A stretch of DNA of 64,000 bases, taken from an uncultured delta proteobacterium. Its GTDB lineage: Bacteria; Desulfobacterota; Binatia; UBA9968. The stretch spans positions 352,001 to 416,000 of the forward strand of contig CAVXEP010000032.1 of assembly GCA_963760795.1 (NCBI GenBank). The letters run 5' to 3'. Position numbers and translations under genes: made by a program. Under the pieces are notes generated by a model, which worked only from the letters and a program-made list of their open reading frames with translations, did no database searches and was not told the DNA's origin. This document shows positions 54,984 to 64,000 of the stretch, piece by piece (positions within the stretch are counted from its first letter, which is position 1; each line of letters opens with the position of its first letter).

Positions 54984-55045
54984 GGCTAAGCACTTTTTTT
55001 GACCGGCGAGGGATAGATCGCCCTGCAAGTCACAGTGCGCAACGG

Positions 55046-56020
55046 GTGCGCTATATCGTCTACGGTGCAGGTTCGATCGGCGGCGTAATCGCGGGTCGGC
55101 TTTTCGAGCAGGGCGCAGACGTGGTACTTATCGCACGGGGAGATCATCTCGCCGCGATTAAGCACTCTGGCCTCACGATTGAATCACCGCTCGGGTCGGT
55201 GACACTGCCGGTGCTCGCGGTTGGACATCCGTCCGAGATCGACTTTCAACCGGCCGAAGACATCGTCCTTCTTGCTACGAAGACCCAGGACAGTGCACAG
55301 GCTCTCGACGACCTGCGGTGCGCCGCGGGTCCCGAAATCCCGGTGGTCTGTCTACAGAATGGAGTCGAGAGCGCACGGATTGCTCTCCGGCGTTTCGAAC
55401 ACGTAGCTGGCGCGATGATGATCTTCGGCAGCGCGCATCTGCAAGCGGGGATCGTTCAATCGTTCTCCGCGCCGGTCCCCGGCGTCGTCGACCTGGGTCA
55501 GTTCCCCGCCGGAGAAGACCCTTTTGTCGGTCGGGTCGCCCTCGATCTGCGTCGGGCTGGCTTCCACTCGGAGGTACGCCGGGATATCCTTCGTTGGCAA
55601 TACGGGAAGCTTCTGACAAACCTGAAGAATGTCCTACAGGCGCTTTGCGGCCCTGACGCAGAGTACAGGGACCTGTTCATGGATCTCCGCATGGAAGCCG
55701 AGTCCTGCTATCGAGCAGCGGGGATTGCCTACGCTTCGGAGTCGGAACTGAGCAGTCGTGCGCGCGGCCTATTGTACGGAGGTAGTCGGCTCGGAGATTC
55801 GTCTTGGCAGAGTCTGGCCCGCGCCACAGGCTCGATTGAAACCGACTTCCTTAACGGTGAGATTGTCTTGCTGGGCCGATTGCACGACGTCCCGGCACCC
55901 CTCAACTCGCAGCTCCAAGACTTGGCGAACCGATTTGCCCGCGAGCGTCGGCCGCCAGCTAGCCTGTCAGTTAACGACCTGCGCCAACTGTTGCGGGCGT
56001 CCCGTTCAAATTGCGGGTGA
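55046..56020 (+). CDS. cassette: ketopantoate reductase-family protein
   Basis: YGAGSIGG, LQNG, KLLTN, SSWQSL..ETDFLNGEI. Confidence 0.88.
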   Translation: MRYIVYGAGSIGGVIAGRLFEQGADVVLIARGDHLAAIKHSGLTIESPLGSVTLPVLAVGHPSEIDFQPAEDIVLLATKTQDSAQALDDLRCAAGPEIPVVCLQNGVESARIALRRFEHVAGAMMIFGSAHLQAGIVQSFSAPVPGVVDLGQFPAGEDPFVGRVALDLRRAGFHSEVRRDILRWQYGKLLTNLKNVLQALCGPDAEYRDLFMDLRMEAESCYRAAGIAYASESELSSRARGLLYGGSRLGDSSWQSLARATGSIETDFLNGEIVLLGRLHDVPAPLNSQLQDLANRFARERRPPASLSVNDLRQLLRASRSNCG

Positions 56021-56296
56021 GAGAATTTCACCACAGGACATAGCCACTCTTTCGGAGGAAAGTATCTCGAACTGGTGCCGCACGAACGCATTCGCTACAC
56101 GGACAAATTTGACGACCCGAACCTGCCGGGGGAACTTCAGGTGACGGTAACCTTGAAGAAGGTATCCGTAGGGACTGAGGTGAACATCGTCCAAGAGGGG
56201 GTGCCCGATGTCATTCCTGCCGAGGCTTGCTATCTGGGCTGGCAGGAATCGCTCACTCTTTTGGCGAAACTTGTCGAGGCCGAGATTCCAGATTAG
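56021..56296 (+). pseudogene. SRPBCC/AHSA1-family C-terminal part
   Basis: NFTTGHSHSFGGKYLELVPHERIRYTDKFDDPNLPG..CYLGWQESL. Confidence 0.82.
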
Positions 56297-56349
56297 CGTG
56301 GGAGGAGGATTGGCCGCAGTCTTCGTTAAAGGTTGATCCAAAGGGGAGC

Positions 56350-56422
56350 GCCTAACAATGCGCTGCAGTGGACGCCCACAGGCGCAAACCGCGTGCGGGC
56401 GCCGCTGAACTTTACGTTAGAC
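56350..56422 (+). other. attC 8
   Basis: GCCTAAC...GTTAGAC. Confidence 0.9.
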
Positions 56423-56465
56423 GTCACATTACGGGTCCTCCCACTCCGAAGCCCAGAACCCGCTC

Positions 56466-57272
56466 ATGAGCATCAGCAGCGAGATTCGAGAGGAAATACT
56501 CAAGCGGCTACATCGAGCCGAAGTAGAACATGAGGTTCGAATCTTGTACGCTTGCGAATCAGGTAGCCGTGCCTGGAACTTTGCATCGCCAGACTCCGAC
56601 TATGACGTCCGCTTTATTTACGTTAGACCTCAAGAGTGGTATCTCTCTTTCGATATTGAGCGCCGAAGAGACGTAATCGAGTATTCAATCGTCGACGACA
56701 TTGACTGCAACGGATGGGATATCAGAAAAGCCTTGTACTTGTTCACCAGAACAAACGGGGCTCTTCTCGAATGGCTTCGCAGCCCGATCAAGTACATTGA
56801 AATCAGTTCGTTCGCTCAGCGCTTGCGAGAGCTGGCCGCCCGCGCCTTCGACGCAAAGGCGCTGTGTTACCACTACAGTCACATTGCGCGAGGAAATGCC
56901 AGAGAGTATCTGTTCGCTGATCAGGCTCAAGAAGTATTTTTATGTTTTGCGGCCGCTGTTTGCCATTATCCATATCGAACAGGGCCTCGGCATACCGCCT
57001 GTTCCCTTTGAGGAACTTGTCGATGCCGTCGCTCCAGAGCCGATTCGAGCACCGGTCGCTGAGCTTCTGACTCTAAAGCGCACACAGGGGAATTGGGGCT
57101 GGGAGCGTCCGTTCCAGCAATCGACGATTTCATCGAGCGCGAACTCGAACGCCACGGTCTTCAGTTCTCAGGTCAGGGAAGACCCGAGTTATTTGACGCA
57201 GGTGAGATTCGGCGCGAGTTGAACGAGATCTTCCGAGCCGCCGTGCGCCAAGGGAACCAAGGTGACGTCTAA
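56466..57272 (+). CDS. cassette: Pol-beta-superfamily nucleotidyltransferase (YcgL/RlaP-like; two frameshifts)
   Basis: [40 protein letters not shown]. Confidence 0.85.
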
Positions 57273-57323
57273 CTTTAGTTCGAGCGGACGCGCTGAAGCG
57301 CGCCGCTCAACATGTTGTTAGGC
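57267..57323 (+). other. attC 9
   Basis: GTGACGTCTAAC complements GTTAGACGTCAC (12/12); ends GTTAGGC. Confidence 0.9.
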
Positions 57324-57334
57324 CTTCTATTCAC

Positions 57335-57688
57335 ATGACAACAAAACATCGAATTTTTACGACGAGCTTCGCGAGCGTCTATCCTCACTATGTCGCAAAG
57401 GCAGAAAAAAAGGGGCGTAAAAAGTCAGAAGTTGATGCCGTTATTTGCTGGCTGACAGGCTACAATCAGCGGGAGTTAGAAGGACAATTGAAAAAGCAGA
57501 AAGACTTTGAAACCTTCTTCAAGGAAGCTCCCAAGCTGAATCCTTCACGAACTTTGATCAAAGGTGTAATTTGCGGCGTCCGAGTGGAAGACATTCAAGA
57601 GCCGACGATGCGGGAAATACGCTATCTAGATAAATTGGTCGATGAATTAGCAAAGGGGAAGGCGATGGACAAGATTTTGAGGGCCTAA
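57335..57688 (+). CDS. cassette: DUF2200-family protein
   Basis: [36 protein letters not shown]. Confidence 0.85.
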   Translation: MTTKHRIFTTSFASVYPHYVAKAEKKGRKKSEVDAVICWLTGYNQRELEGQLKKQKDFETFFKEAPKLNPSRTLIKGVICGVRVEDIQEPTMREIRYLDKLVDELAKGKAMDKILRA

Positions 57689-57776
57689 CCATGCGCTGCA
57701 GCGAACCGGGGCGGGAGCGTCCAGGTTGCAATCGGTGCGTCTCGTGGGCCAGGTCGCTGAGCTTGGGTCGTTAGAC
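57683..57776 (+). other. attC 10
   Basis: GCCTAAC...GTTAGAC. Confidence 0.9.
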
Positions 57777-57795
57777 CGACAGAGATACTTGGAAG

Positions 57796-58197
57796 ATGCA
57801 ACATCAAGGTACTGAAATCGGAAGAGCATGGTTCGCGATATGTTGGTTCGCCACTTGGGGATTGTTTCAGGGATTTGCAGTCCTCTCGGTGCTCAATGGA
57901 ACCTGGGAGCGACCAGCCGCATTTCCGGCCGGCGCATACGAGTCGCTGATCTATCCAGATATGTTCTTCATTCCTCTCTATTTTTTGGCGGCCACTCTGC
58001 TGTTTCGGCGCCACTGGCTCGGGAGCGCCCTGGCCTTTGTGGCGGGCGGTGGAATCGTCTACGCCATGATCTATCTCTTAGCTCTTTCTGATTTCTCAGG
58101 CGCGGTCAACCTGACCGCTGACGGGATATTCCTGGCCTGCACGTTTGTCTCGCTGTGGCAGGTGGGTTACCGCACCAGTCTGCGGCATGCGGTCTAA
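57796..58197 (+). CDS. cassette: four-helix membrane protein of unknown function
   Basis: 133 aa hydrophobic ORF filling the cassette; stop codon in R''. Confidence 0.75.
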   Translation: MQHQGTEIGRAWFAICWFATWGLFQGFAVLSVLNGTWERPAAFPAGAYESLIYPDMFFIPLYFLAATLLFRRHWLGSALAFVAGGGIVYAMIYLLALSDFSGAVNLTADGIFLACTFVSLWQVGYRTSLRHAV

Positions 58198-58294
58198 CAC
58201 GCCGCTGCAGTCGACGAGCGGCGCGGCTGGGTATCAGGCTGATTCAAGGGTCTTGGGTGATCGCCGCTCGCGGCTGAGCGGCATGTCGTTAGCT
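58192..58294 (+). other. attC 11
   Basis: GTCTAAC...GTTAGCT. Confidence 0.88.
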
Positions 58295-58311
58295 GGCAAA
58301 AAACGACCGCA

Positions 58312-59097
58312 ATGAAGCTACCGCTCTACCAGATTGATGCCTTTACGGGTCGAATGTTCGGCGGGAATCCCGCGGCAGTGGTGCTGCTGGATGCCTGGCT
58401 GCCTGACGACGCACTGAGGGCGATCGCCGCGGAGAACAATCTTGCCGAAACCGCATTTGTGATCCCGCATGGGGAGATCATGCCGCTACGGTGGTTCACA
58501 CCAACGGTGGAGGTCGATCTGTGTGGACATGCAACCTTGGCGACCGCAGACGTGCTCTTCCGGAATACCTTGCCCTCGGCGAAACGCCTTACATTCAGCA
58601 CGCGCAGCGGAAATCTCACGGTTACTCGGGATGGCGATCTTCTCAGCATGGATTTTCCTTCCCGTCCCGGGAAGCCAGTGGAGATAGAAGATACCGTTGT
58701 TGCGGCCTTGGGCATTCGCCCCAGAGAGTTATATCGAGCGCGCGACTTGCTTGCGATCTACGAGTCGGAGTCTCAAATACACGACTTTCGCCCGGATTTC
58801 GGGCGCATCGCTTCTCTCGATGCCTTTGCGGTCATCATCTCCGCGCCCGGTGGAGCGGTGGACTACGTTTATCGGTTTTTCGCGCCGCGCCAAGGAATCC
58901 CCGAGGATCCTGTAACCGGGTCTGCGAATTGCACGCTCGTGCCGTATTGGGCGGCGCGCCTTGGCCGCTCCGAGCTGGTTGCAAAGCAGCTTTCAGCTCG
59001 CGGCGGCGACCTTCGTTGCGCGTTGCGCGGTGATCGCGTTTTGATCGCAGGACAAGCTGTCGAGTACTTGCGCGGAGAAATTACAGTTGCTGCTTGA
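58312..59097 (+). CDS. cassette: PhzF-family isomerase
   Basis: IDAF..GGNPAAV, ETAF, EVDLCGHATLA, EDPVTGSA. Confidence 0.92.
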   Translation: MKLPLYQIDAFTGRMFGGNPAAVVLLDAWLPDDALRAIAAENNLAETAFVIPHGEIMPLRWFTPTVEVDLCGHATLATADVLFRNTLPSAKRLTFSTRSGNLTVTRDGDLLSMDFPSRPGKPVEIEDTVVAALGIRPRELYRARDLLAIYESESQIHDFRPDFGRIASLDAFAVIISAPGGAVDYVYRFFAPRQGIPEDPVTGSANCTLVPYWAARLGRSELVAKQLSARGGDLRCALRGDRVLIAGQAVEYLRGEITVAA

Positions 59098-59106
59098 TCA
59101 TTTGCC

Positions 59107-59171
59107 AGCTAACCCCTCGCTTCAGAACGGATCAGCCGCAGGCGGCCGGCCGCTGAGCTAGTATGTTATGC
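59107..59171 (+). other. attC 12
   Basis: TTTGCCAGCTAAC complements GTTAGCTGGCAAA (13/13); ends GTTATGC. Confidence 0.9.
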
Positions 59172-59250
59172 GGCGTCGTTCTGAAGTCTTACATGACTAT
59201 CCTCCACTGTCTTGCAAATGAAATATATCTGGAACTTCTAGGATGAGAAC

Positions 59251-59670
59251 ATGAAAAAGTCGGGCGCGAGCCAAGGCCAGTCGGCATCGGAGCTCATCTC
59301 GAAAAGAATCGCCGAACTCGGGGACTGGCGCGGGGAAACCCTCAGCAGAATGCGCAAGCTCATCAAGGAAGCAGACCCGGACGTCGTCGAGGAGTGGAAG
59401 TGGATGGGCACTCCGGTTTGGTCGCACGACGGCATCATCTGCACTGGCGAATCCTACAAGAATGTCGTGAAGCTTACCTTCGCCAAGGGCGCGTCTCTGA
59501 AGGATCCGGCCCGTCTCTTCAACTCGAGTCTCGACGGAAACGTACGCCGCGCGATCGACATCCACGAAGGAGAAGAAGTTGACGAGTCCGCCTTCAAGGC
59601 GCTCGTTCGCCAAGCGGTCGCCCTCAACAGTTCTGGCAAGTCGAAACCTTCGAAGAAAGCGAAGTCCTAA
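59251..59670 (+). CDS. cassette: DUF1801 (YdhG-like) protein
   Basis: [25 protein letters not shown]. Confidence 0.87.
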   Translation: MKKSGASQGQSASELISKRIAELGDWRGETLSRMRKLIKEADPDVVEEWKWMGTPVWSHDGIICTGESYKNVVKLTFAKGASLKDPARLFNSSLDGNVRRAIDIHEGEEVDESAFKALVRQAVALNSSGKSKPSKKAKS

Positions 59671-59731
59671 GGGATTCCGCCCCTGAACAGGTCCGACATC
59701 GGGCGAATTCCGTGAAACTCAGGCAATTGCC

Positions 59732-59791
59732 GCATAACAATTCATTCAAGCCGAACCCGCTTCGCGGGTCGGCTTAATTCAGGCGTTAGAC
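59732..59791 (+). other. attC 13 (aadA/Xanthomonas-like, 60 bp)
   Basis: GCATAACAATTCATTCAAGCCGAACCCGCTTCGCGGGTCGGCTTAATTCAGGCGTTAGAC. Confidence 0.93.
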
Positions 59792-59802
59792 GGCACACGA
59801 GG

Positions 59803-60428
59803 ATGGGATCATTGCTCACATTGACTATTGTCTTCGTATTCGACGCTCGCGACGAGCGACCTGCTGGGTGCGGCTCGTGCCGAGGTGCCGGCGGGCACGC
59901 TTGAGATCCGTCTGGCCTCTGGGACTGCTTTGGAGCAAAGGGGACGGGAGCAGCTGGAACGCCTCCTGGCGACCCACGACCTCTCACGCTGGCTGTTCAC
60001 GCGGACCGTACAAATCCAATCACGGGTGATTCCGCACAGCCACCCGGTTCTCACACTGAACACGCAGTACCTCGACAACGACGCGGCGCAGCTAGCGAGC
60101 TTCCTTCATGAGCAACTGCATTGGTTTCTCGTTCAGAACCAGGCGAAGTTGGCGTCCGCGGTTACGGCACTGGAACGTCTGTATCCCAAGGTTCCAGAGG
60201 CGGCACGCCGAAGGGGCCAACGGCCGAGGCAGCACGTACCTCCACCTGCTCGTTTGTCTCCTCGAGTTTGACGCCGTGCGTGACGTCCTCGGGGAGACAA
60301 CGGCACGCGCTACACTCGGGGCCTTCGGGTACTACACGTGGGTGTATCGCGAGGTGCTCGAACGGCCCGAGGCAATCCGGCAGATCCTCCGCACACAGGG
60401 TCTTGACGTGCCAGACGCACGCCGTTGA
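59803..60428 (+). CDS. cassette: hypothetical exported protein with HExxH motif (frameshifted)
   Basis: GAGG + ATG 59803, hydrophobic start; PHSHPVLTL, FLHEQLHWF. Confidence 0.65.
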
Positions 60429-60431
60429 ATC

Positions 60432-60463
60432 GTCTAACAAGGCGACGGACGCCGACGTTGGGC
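60432..60463 (+). other. attC 14, internally deleted (32 bp)
   Basis: GTCTAAC-18 nt-GTTGGGC; both cores are complemented by the neighbouring cassette ends. Confidence 0.75.
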
Positions 60464-60476
60464 GGCGAGTTAGGAA

Positions 60477-61112
60477 GTGAGTGGAAGGATGGAAGCTGAA
60501 GAATCAGAAGACGTTCTCAGGTTTTGGTTTCCCGAGCTCTCGGGCGCCGACCACGCGAGGATGGTCCGCCAATTTGAGTGGTGGTTTCGCGGTGGCGCGG
60601 ATTCTGCCATTGTTGAACGGTTTGCCCAGCTGCTGGAGCGTGCGACGCGCGGCGAACTCGATCACTGGTCTCAGTGGCCACGACCGCGGCTGGCGCTGAT
60701 CATCGTTCTGGACCAGTTCTCCCGCTCCCTGTTTCGGGACACGGCGCGGGCGTTCGCACAAGATCCGAAAGCCCTCGCGCTCGCGCTTGAAGGAATTGAA
60801 ATCGGTCACTATGCGGCTCTAAACACTCCTTGGGAGAAGACCTTCTTCTTCCTCCCATTGGGGCATTCCGAGCAGCTCTACCATCTGGAGCGGGCCGTCA
60901 CACTTGCCGAGGAGCTTGCGGGAAGTGCACCACCGGAACTGCGCAAGATTTTGGAGCACTCCGCGTCGCAGGCGCGTGGACATCGAGATGTAATCGCCCG
61001 CTTCGGTCGCCAGCCTCATCGCAATGCGATCCTCGGACGGCAATCGACCCCCGAGGAACTCGACTACCTGGCTAGCGAGAAACTCGTGCACACGCGTGCG
61101 CCACCCCAATAG
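60477..61112 (+). CDS. cassette: DUF924-family protein
   Basis: VLRFWF, IIVLDQFSR, PLGHSE, IARFGRQPHRNAILGR. Confidence 0.9.
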   Translation: MSGRMEAEESEDVLRFWFPELSGADHARMVRQFEWWFRGGADSAIVERFAQLLERATRGELDHWSQWPRPRLALIIVLDQFSRSLFRDTARAFAQDPKALALALEGIEIGHYAALNTPWEKTFFFLPLGHSEQLYHLERAVTLAEELAGSAPPELRKILEHSASQARGHRDVIARFGRQPHRNAILGRQSTPEELDYLASEKLVHTRAPPQ

Positions 61113-61128
61113 TCATGCGAGCAGCGCC

Positions 61129-61163
61129 GCCCAACCGATGCAGCGGACCGCTTCGAAGCAGGC
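61129..61163 (+). other. attC 15, left half only
   Basis: CGCCGCCCAAC complements GTTGGGCGGCG; ATGCAGCGGAC follows, right arm missing. Confidence 0.7.
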
Positions 61164-61291
61164 TTTTTGCCCCCGAAATGATTGACAAGATGAAGCGAGT
61201 TGATTGATATGCAGCCGATATGAGTCCTAAATATTTACGAGGTTCGGGATATCCCGCCGGACGAACCGGCGGTTCACTTTAATAGTTCGGC
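61164..61291 (+). promoter_or_regulatory. platform 3: putative promoter and attI
   Basis: ATTGACA at 61181; GTTCACTTTAATA-GTTCGGC resembles platform 1 GTTCACTCAATA-GTTAGGC. Confidence 0.65.
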
Positions 61292-61314
61292 GACACTCAC
61301 GCGTTGCTCAACTC

Positions 61315-61728
61315 ATGGAGGATCAAGCAATGCTCAAGACTTATGCCGGGGGCTGTCACTGTGGTGCTGTCAGATTCGAAGCCGAACTCGACCTATCGCA
61401 AAGCAGCTACCGATGTAACTGCTCGATCTGCCGTCGAAACCGATTCTGGGTGGCGGTCGCTAAGCCCGAGGGCTTTCGGTTGGTGAAGGGCGAAGGAGAG
61501 CTGACGGAGTACCTGTTCAATACTCGAAAGAATCAACATCTCTTCTGCAAGCACTGCGGTGTCCGTGCTTTCGGAGTCGGAAACGATACGCCAATCGGCA
61601 AGATGTACGGGATCAACATCGGGTGCCTTGAGGGCGTCTCTGAAGAGGAATTGTCGAAGATTCCTATCACCTATGTGGACGGCCGAAATAACAGGCAAGA
61701 GTCCCCCGAGTTTGTTGCGCATCTATGA
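61315..61728 (+). CDS. cassette: GFA/CENP-V family protein
   Basis: GGCHCGAVRF, CNCSIC, FCKHCG. Confidence 0.92.
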   Translation: MEDQAMLKTYAGGCHCGAVRFEAELDLSQSSYRCNCSICRRNRFWVAVAKPEGFRLVKGEGELTEYLFNTRKNQHLFCKHCGVRAFGVGNDTPIGKMYGINIGCLEGVSEEELSKIPITYVDGRNNRQESPEFVAHL

Positions 61729-61750
61729 ACGAGAATGGCTCGCGTAAGTT

Positions 61751-61839
61751 GCCGAACACCGGTTGCAGCGGACGGAGATAGATAAAGAGCCAAGGCACGT
61801 ACGTTGGCGCGCGCCGCCCCCTGAACCGGGACATTTAAA
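61751..61839 (+). other. attC 16 (terminal, R' degenerate)
   Basis: GCCGAAC complements GTTCGGC at 61285; CCGGTTGCAG..CTGAACCGG arms; no GTT at R'. Confidence 0.75.
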
Positions 61840-61996
61840 TAAAGCTCCCCCTTTCTAGCATTTTCTACATCCTACGAACGCAGCGTGACTTTTCTGTCGC
61901 AGCTCGATCCTGCCGTTCTGAAGCTGTTGTCGATTGCTGATCTCGTCGTTTGTGTCCCGCTCTGGTGCCAGAGCAATTTTCCCGGAGTGCCCATTC

Positions 61997-62593
61997 ATGG
62001 CTTTATCTCCCGCGCAAAAACTTCGTCCCGCTATTCCATCGACGCCGTGGACGCTTGACGAGGTCGCCGGGCGATTCGTCGAGATCTCCGGAGCGGCGGC
62101 TTCGGCGGCGCTGACGCTGACGTTTACTTTGATTCGCGAGGCGCAGGCGCGCGGCGAGCCGGTGGGCTGGATCACCTTGGCGGAACATTCTTTTTATCCG
62201 CCGGATGTCGCTCAAGGCGGCACCGATCTGGCGGCGTTGGTGGTGGTGCGTTTAGCGCGCGCCGACAGCATCGCCCGCGCCGGCGAGAAGCTGCTGCGCT
62301 CCGGCGCTTTCGGCGTCGTCGTGCTCGATCTCGGCGCCGCCGATATGCCGATGCCGCTGCAGACGCGCTTGACCGGCCTGGCCCATCACCATCACACGGC
62401 GCTGATTTGTTTGACGGAAAAAACTCACGGCGCCTTTTCTCTCGGTTCGCTGGTTTCCTTGCGCGCCCATGCCGAGAAGAAGCGCTTAACAGACAATCGC
62501 TTCGCCTGCGCTCTGCGCGTGCTCAAGGACAAACGGCGCGGCCCCACCTGGACTTATGAAGAGCTCTATACCGGGCCGGCTGGCCTGTGTTGA
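61997..62593 (+). CDS. imuA: ImuA/RecA-like protein
   Basis: GRFVEISG, FYPPD, LLRSGAFGVVVLD; overlaps a Y-family gene. Confidence 0.8.
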   Translation: MALSPAQKLRPAIPSTPWTLDEVAGRFVEISGAAASAALTLTFTLIREAQARGEPVGWITLAEHSFYPPDVAQGGTDLAALVVVRLARADSIARAGEKLLRSGAFGVVVLDLGAADMPMPLQTRLTGLAHHHHTALICLTEKTHGAFSLGSLVSLRAHAEKKRLTDNRFACALRVLKDKRRGPTWTYEELYTGPAGLC

Positions 62594-64000
62594 TCTGCCG
62601 GCGTTTCCATTGCAACTCTTGCTCCGGCGCCATCCCGACTGGGCCGGTCATCCGGCGGCGGTGGTGGCGCAGGACAAGCCGCAGGGGTTGGTCCTCTGGG
62701 TCAATGACAGCGCGCGCCGGCAGGGCGTGCTGCCCGGTCTGCGCTACGCCGCAGCGTTTGCGCTCGCGTCGACGTTGCGCGCCGGCGAAGTTTCTCCGGC
62801 TGAGAATGAAAAGGCGCTTGGCGATTTAACTCAGCGGCTGATGCGTTTTACTCCCGAGGTCGAGCCGGCGGCGCAAGAGCCCGGCGTTTTTTGGTTGAAC
62901 GGTGCTGGGCTGCAAGGTCTCTATGCTTCGCCCAAGCAATGGGCCAGCGCCATGCAACAAGATCTCTCCGCTCAGGGTTTTAGCGCCAATCTCGCCGTCG
63001 GTTTCAGCCGCTTCGGCAGTTATGCGGTCGCCAAGACGAAAGCGGGAATCACCATCTTTCGCGATGCTGTCGAGGAAAAGCAGGCGGCGAGCGCTGTGCC
63101 GCTCAACCGTTTGAACCTCGAGCCCAAGTTTCGCGATGCGCTGTTCAAGCTCGGCGTCAAAACTGTCGGCGCGCTGTTGTCCCTGCCGCCGGGCGGGCTG
63201 CGCGAGCGCTTCGGCAAACAAGCCCATCGTCTGCACCGCATGGCCGCCGGCGATCTGTGGACGCCGCTGGCGCCGAGCGTGACGGTGGAACCGGCGCGGC
63301 AGACGGCTATTCTCGATGACGCTGAGAGCGACAGCACCCGGCTGCTGTTTCTGATCAAACAACTGCTCCATCCATTGTTAACAACCCTCGCCGCGCGCCA
63401 TCAGGCGCTGGTCGCGCTCTGGTTATCTTTGCGGATCGATCACGGCGACTGCTTCAAAGAATCGCTGCGCCCAGCCGTGCCGACACTCGATGCCGTGCAG
63501 ATTCTCGATCTCGTCCGGCTGCGCTTGGAATCTCTTCAGCTTGCCGCCGGCGCGATCGAAATCGAGCTCTGCGCCGAAGCCTGCGCCGCCACCAGCGAGC
63601 AGTTGCGCTTATTTAACGAAAAACCAACCCGGGACCTCGAAGCCGCCAACCGCGCGCTGGCGCGTCTGCGCGCCGAGTTCGGCGACGACGCGGTGGTCTG
63701 CGCCAAGCTCACCGACGGCCATCTGCCCGAAGCAAGATTTACCTGGGAGCCGCTCACTCAAGTCAAACTTCCGACAAACGTTTTGAACGAAGCGAAGCGG
63801 TTGAACGATTTGAACGGCTTGAACCTCTCCACTCCAAATATGCTGATCCGCCGCGTCAACCAAAAGCCGATGCCCTTGGCCGGCGGCCCGTATCACAGCC
63901 ACGAAGACGGCTGGCTCGTCTTGGGCCCCAAGCATGGCACCATCGACAAACTCGCCGGCCCCTACGTCTTCGCCGGCGGCTGGTGGAACCGCGAGATCCA
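62556..64000 (+). CDS. imuB: ImuB, Y-family polymerase-like (runs off window; absent from ORF track)
   Basis: own translation: MKSSIPGRLACVDLPAFPLQ..ARRQGVLPG..FTPEVE..LRERFG..LRAEFG..HLPE..GGWW. Confidence 0.88.
   Translation, partial: MKSSIPGRLACVDLPAFPLQLLLRRHPDWAGHPAAVVAQDKPQGLVLWVNDSARRQGVLPGLRYAAAFALASTLRAGEVSPAENEKALGDLTQRLMRFTPEVEPAAQEPGVFWLNGAGLQGLYASPKQWASAMQQDLSAQGFSANLAVGFSRFGSYAVAKTKAGITIFRDAVEEKQAASAVPLNRLNLEPKFRDALFKLGVKTVGALLSLPPGGLRERFGKQAHRLHRMAAGDLWTPLAPSVTVEPARQTAILDDAESDSTRLLFLIKQLLHPLLTTLAARHQALVALWLSLRIDHGDCFKESLRPAVPTLDAVQILDLVRLRLESLQLAAGAIEIELCAEACAATSEQLRLFNEKPTRDLEAANRALARLRAEFGDDAVVCAKLTDGHLPEARFTWEPLTQVKLPTNVLNEAKRLNDLNGLNLSTPNMLIRRVNQKPMPLAGGPYHSHEDGWLVLGPKHGTIDKLAGPYVFAGGWWNREI
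63782..63824 (+). repeat. TTGAAC repeat inside imuB
   Basis: four TTGAAC units read in frame as LNEAKRLNDLNGLN. Confidence 0.75.

Overview
GC-rich bacterial chromosome window. Gene content and intergenic repeat style suggest a Deltaproteobacteria/Binatia-like organism (inference). Many 1-nt frameshifts, including in pheA, hisC, tyrA and sppA, point to an unpolished long-read assembly. 1-24 kb holds catabolic genes (Mo-hydroxylase, UbiD, sulfatase, paired acyl-CoA dehydrogenases, paired phytoene-dehydrogenase-like enzymes, orphan solute-binding proteins) and a RavA/ViaA-type pair. 24.3-30.4 kb is a decayed island of IS91 and IS200 remnants with glycosyl- and methyltransferases. 30.5-47 kb is housekeeping (pcm, CobW fusion, rluA-type, pheA-hisC-tyrA-aroA-cmk-rpsA-sppA-ihfB-HIT, AAA/VWA). 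The main feature is a ~13.7 kb integron cassette array (16 attC sites or remnants, 16 gene cassettes plus one stub) lying between lexA and imuA-imuB. It has no intact integrase. Instead it is divided by three promoter/attI-like platforms, two of them preceded by intI 3' remnants co-oriented with the cassettes. It carries a receiver-TIR fusion cassette and shows three junctions where one gene ends at its stop codon and an unrelated gene resumes. No rRNA, tRNA or CRISPR array was recognised.
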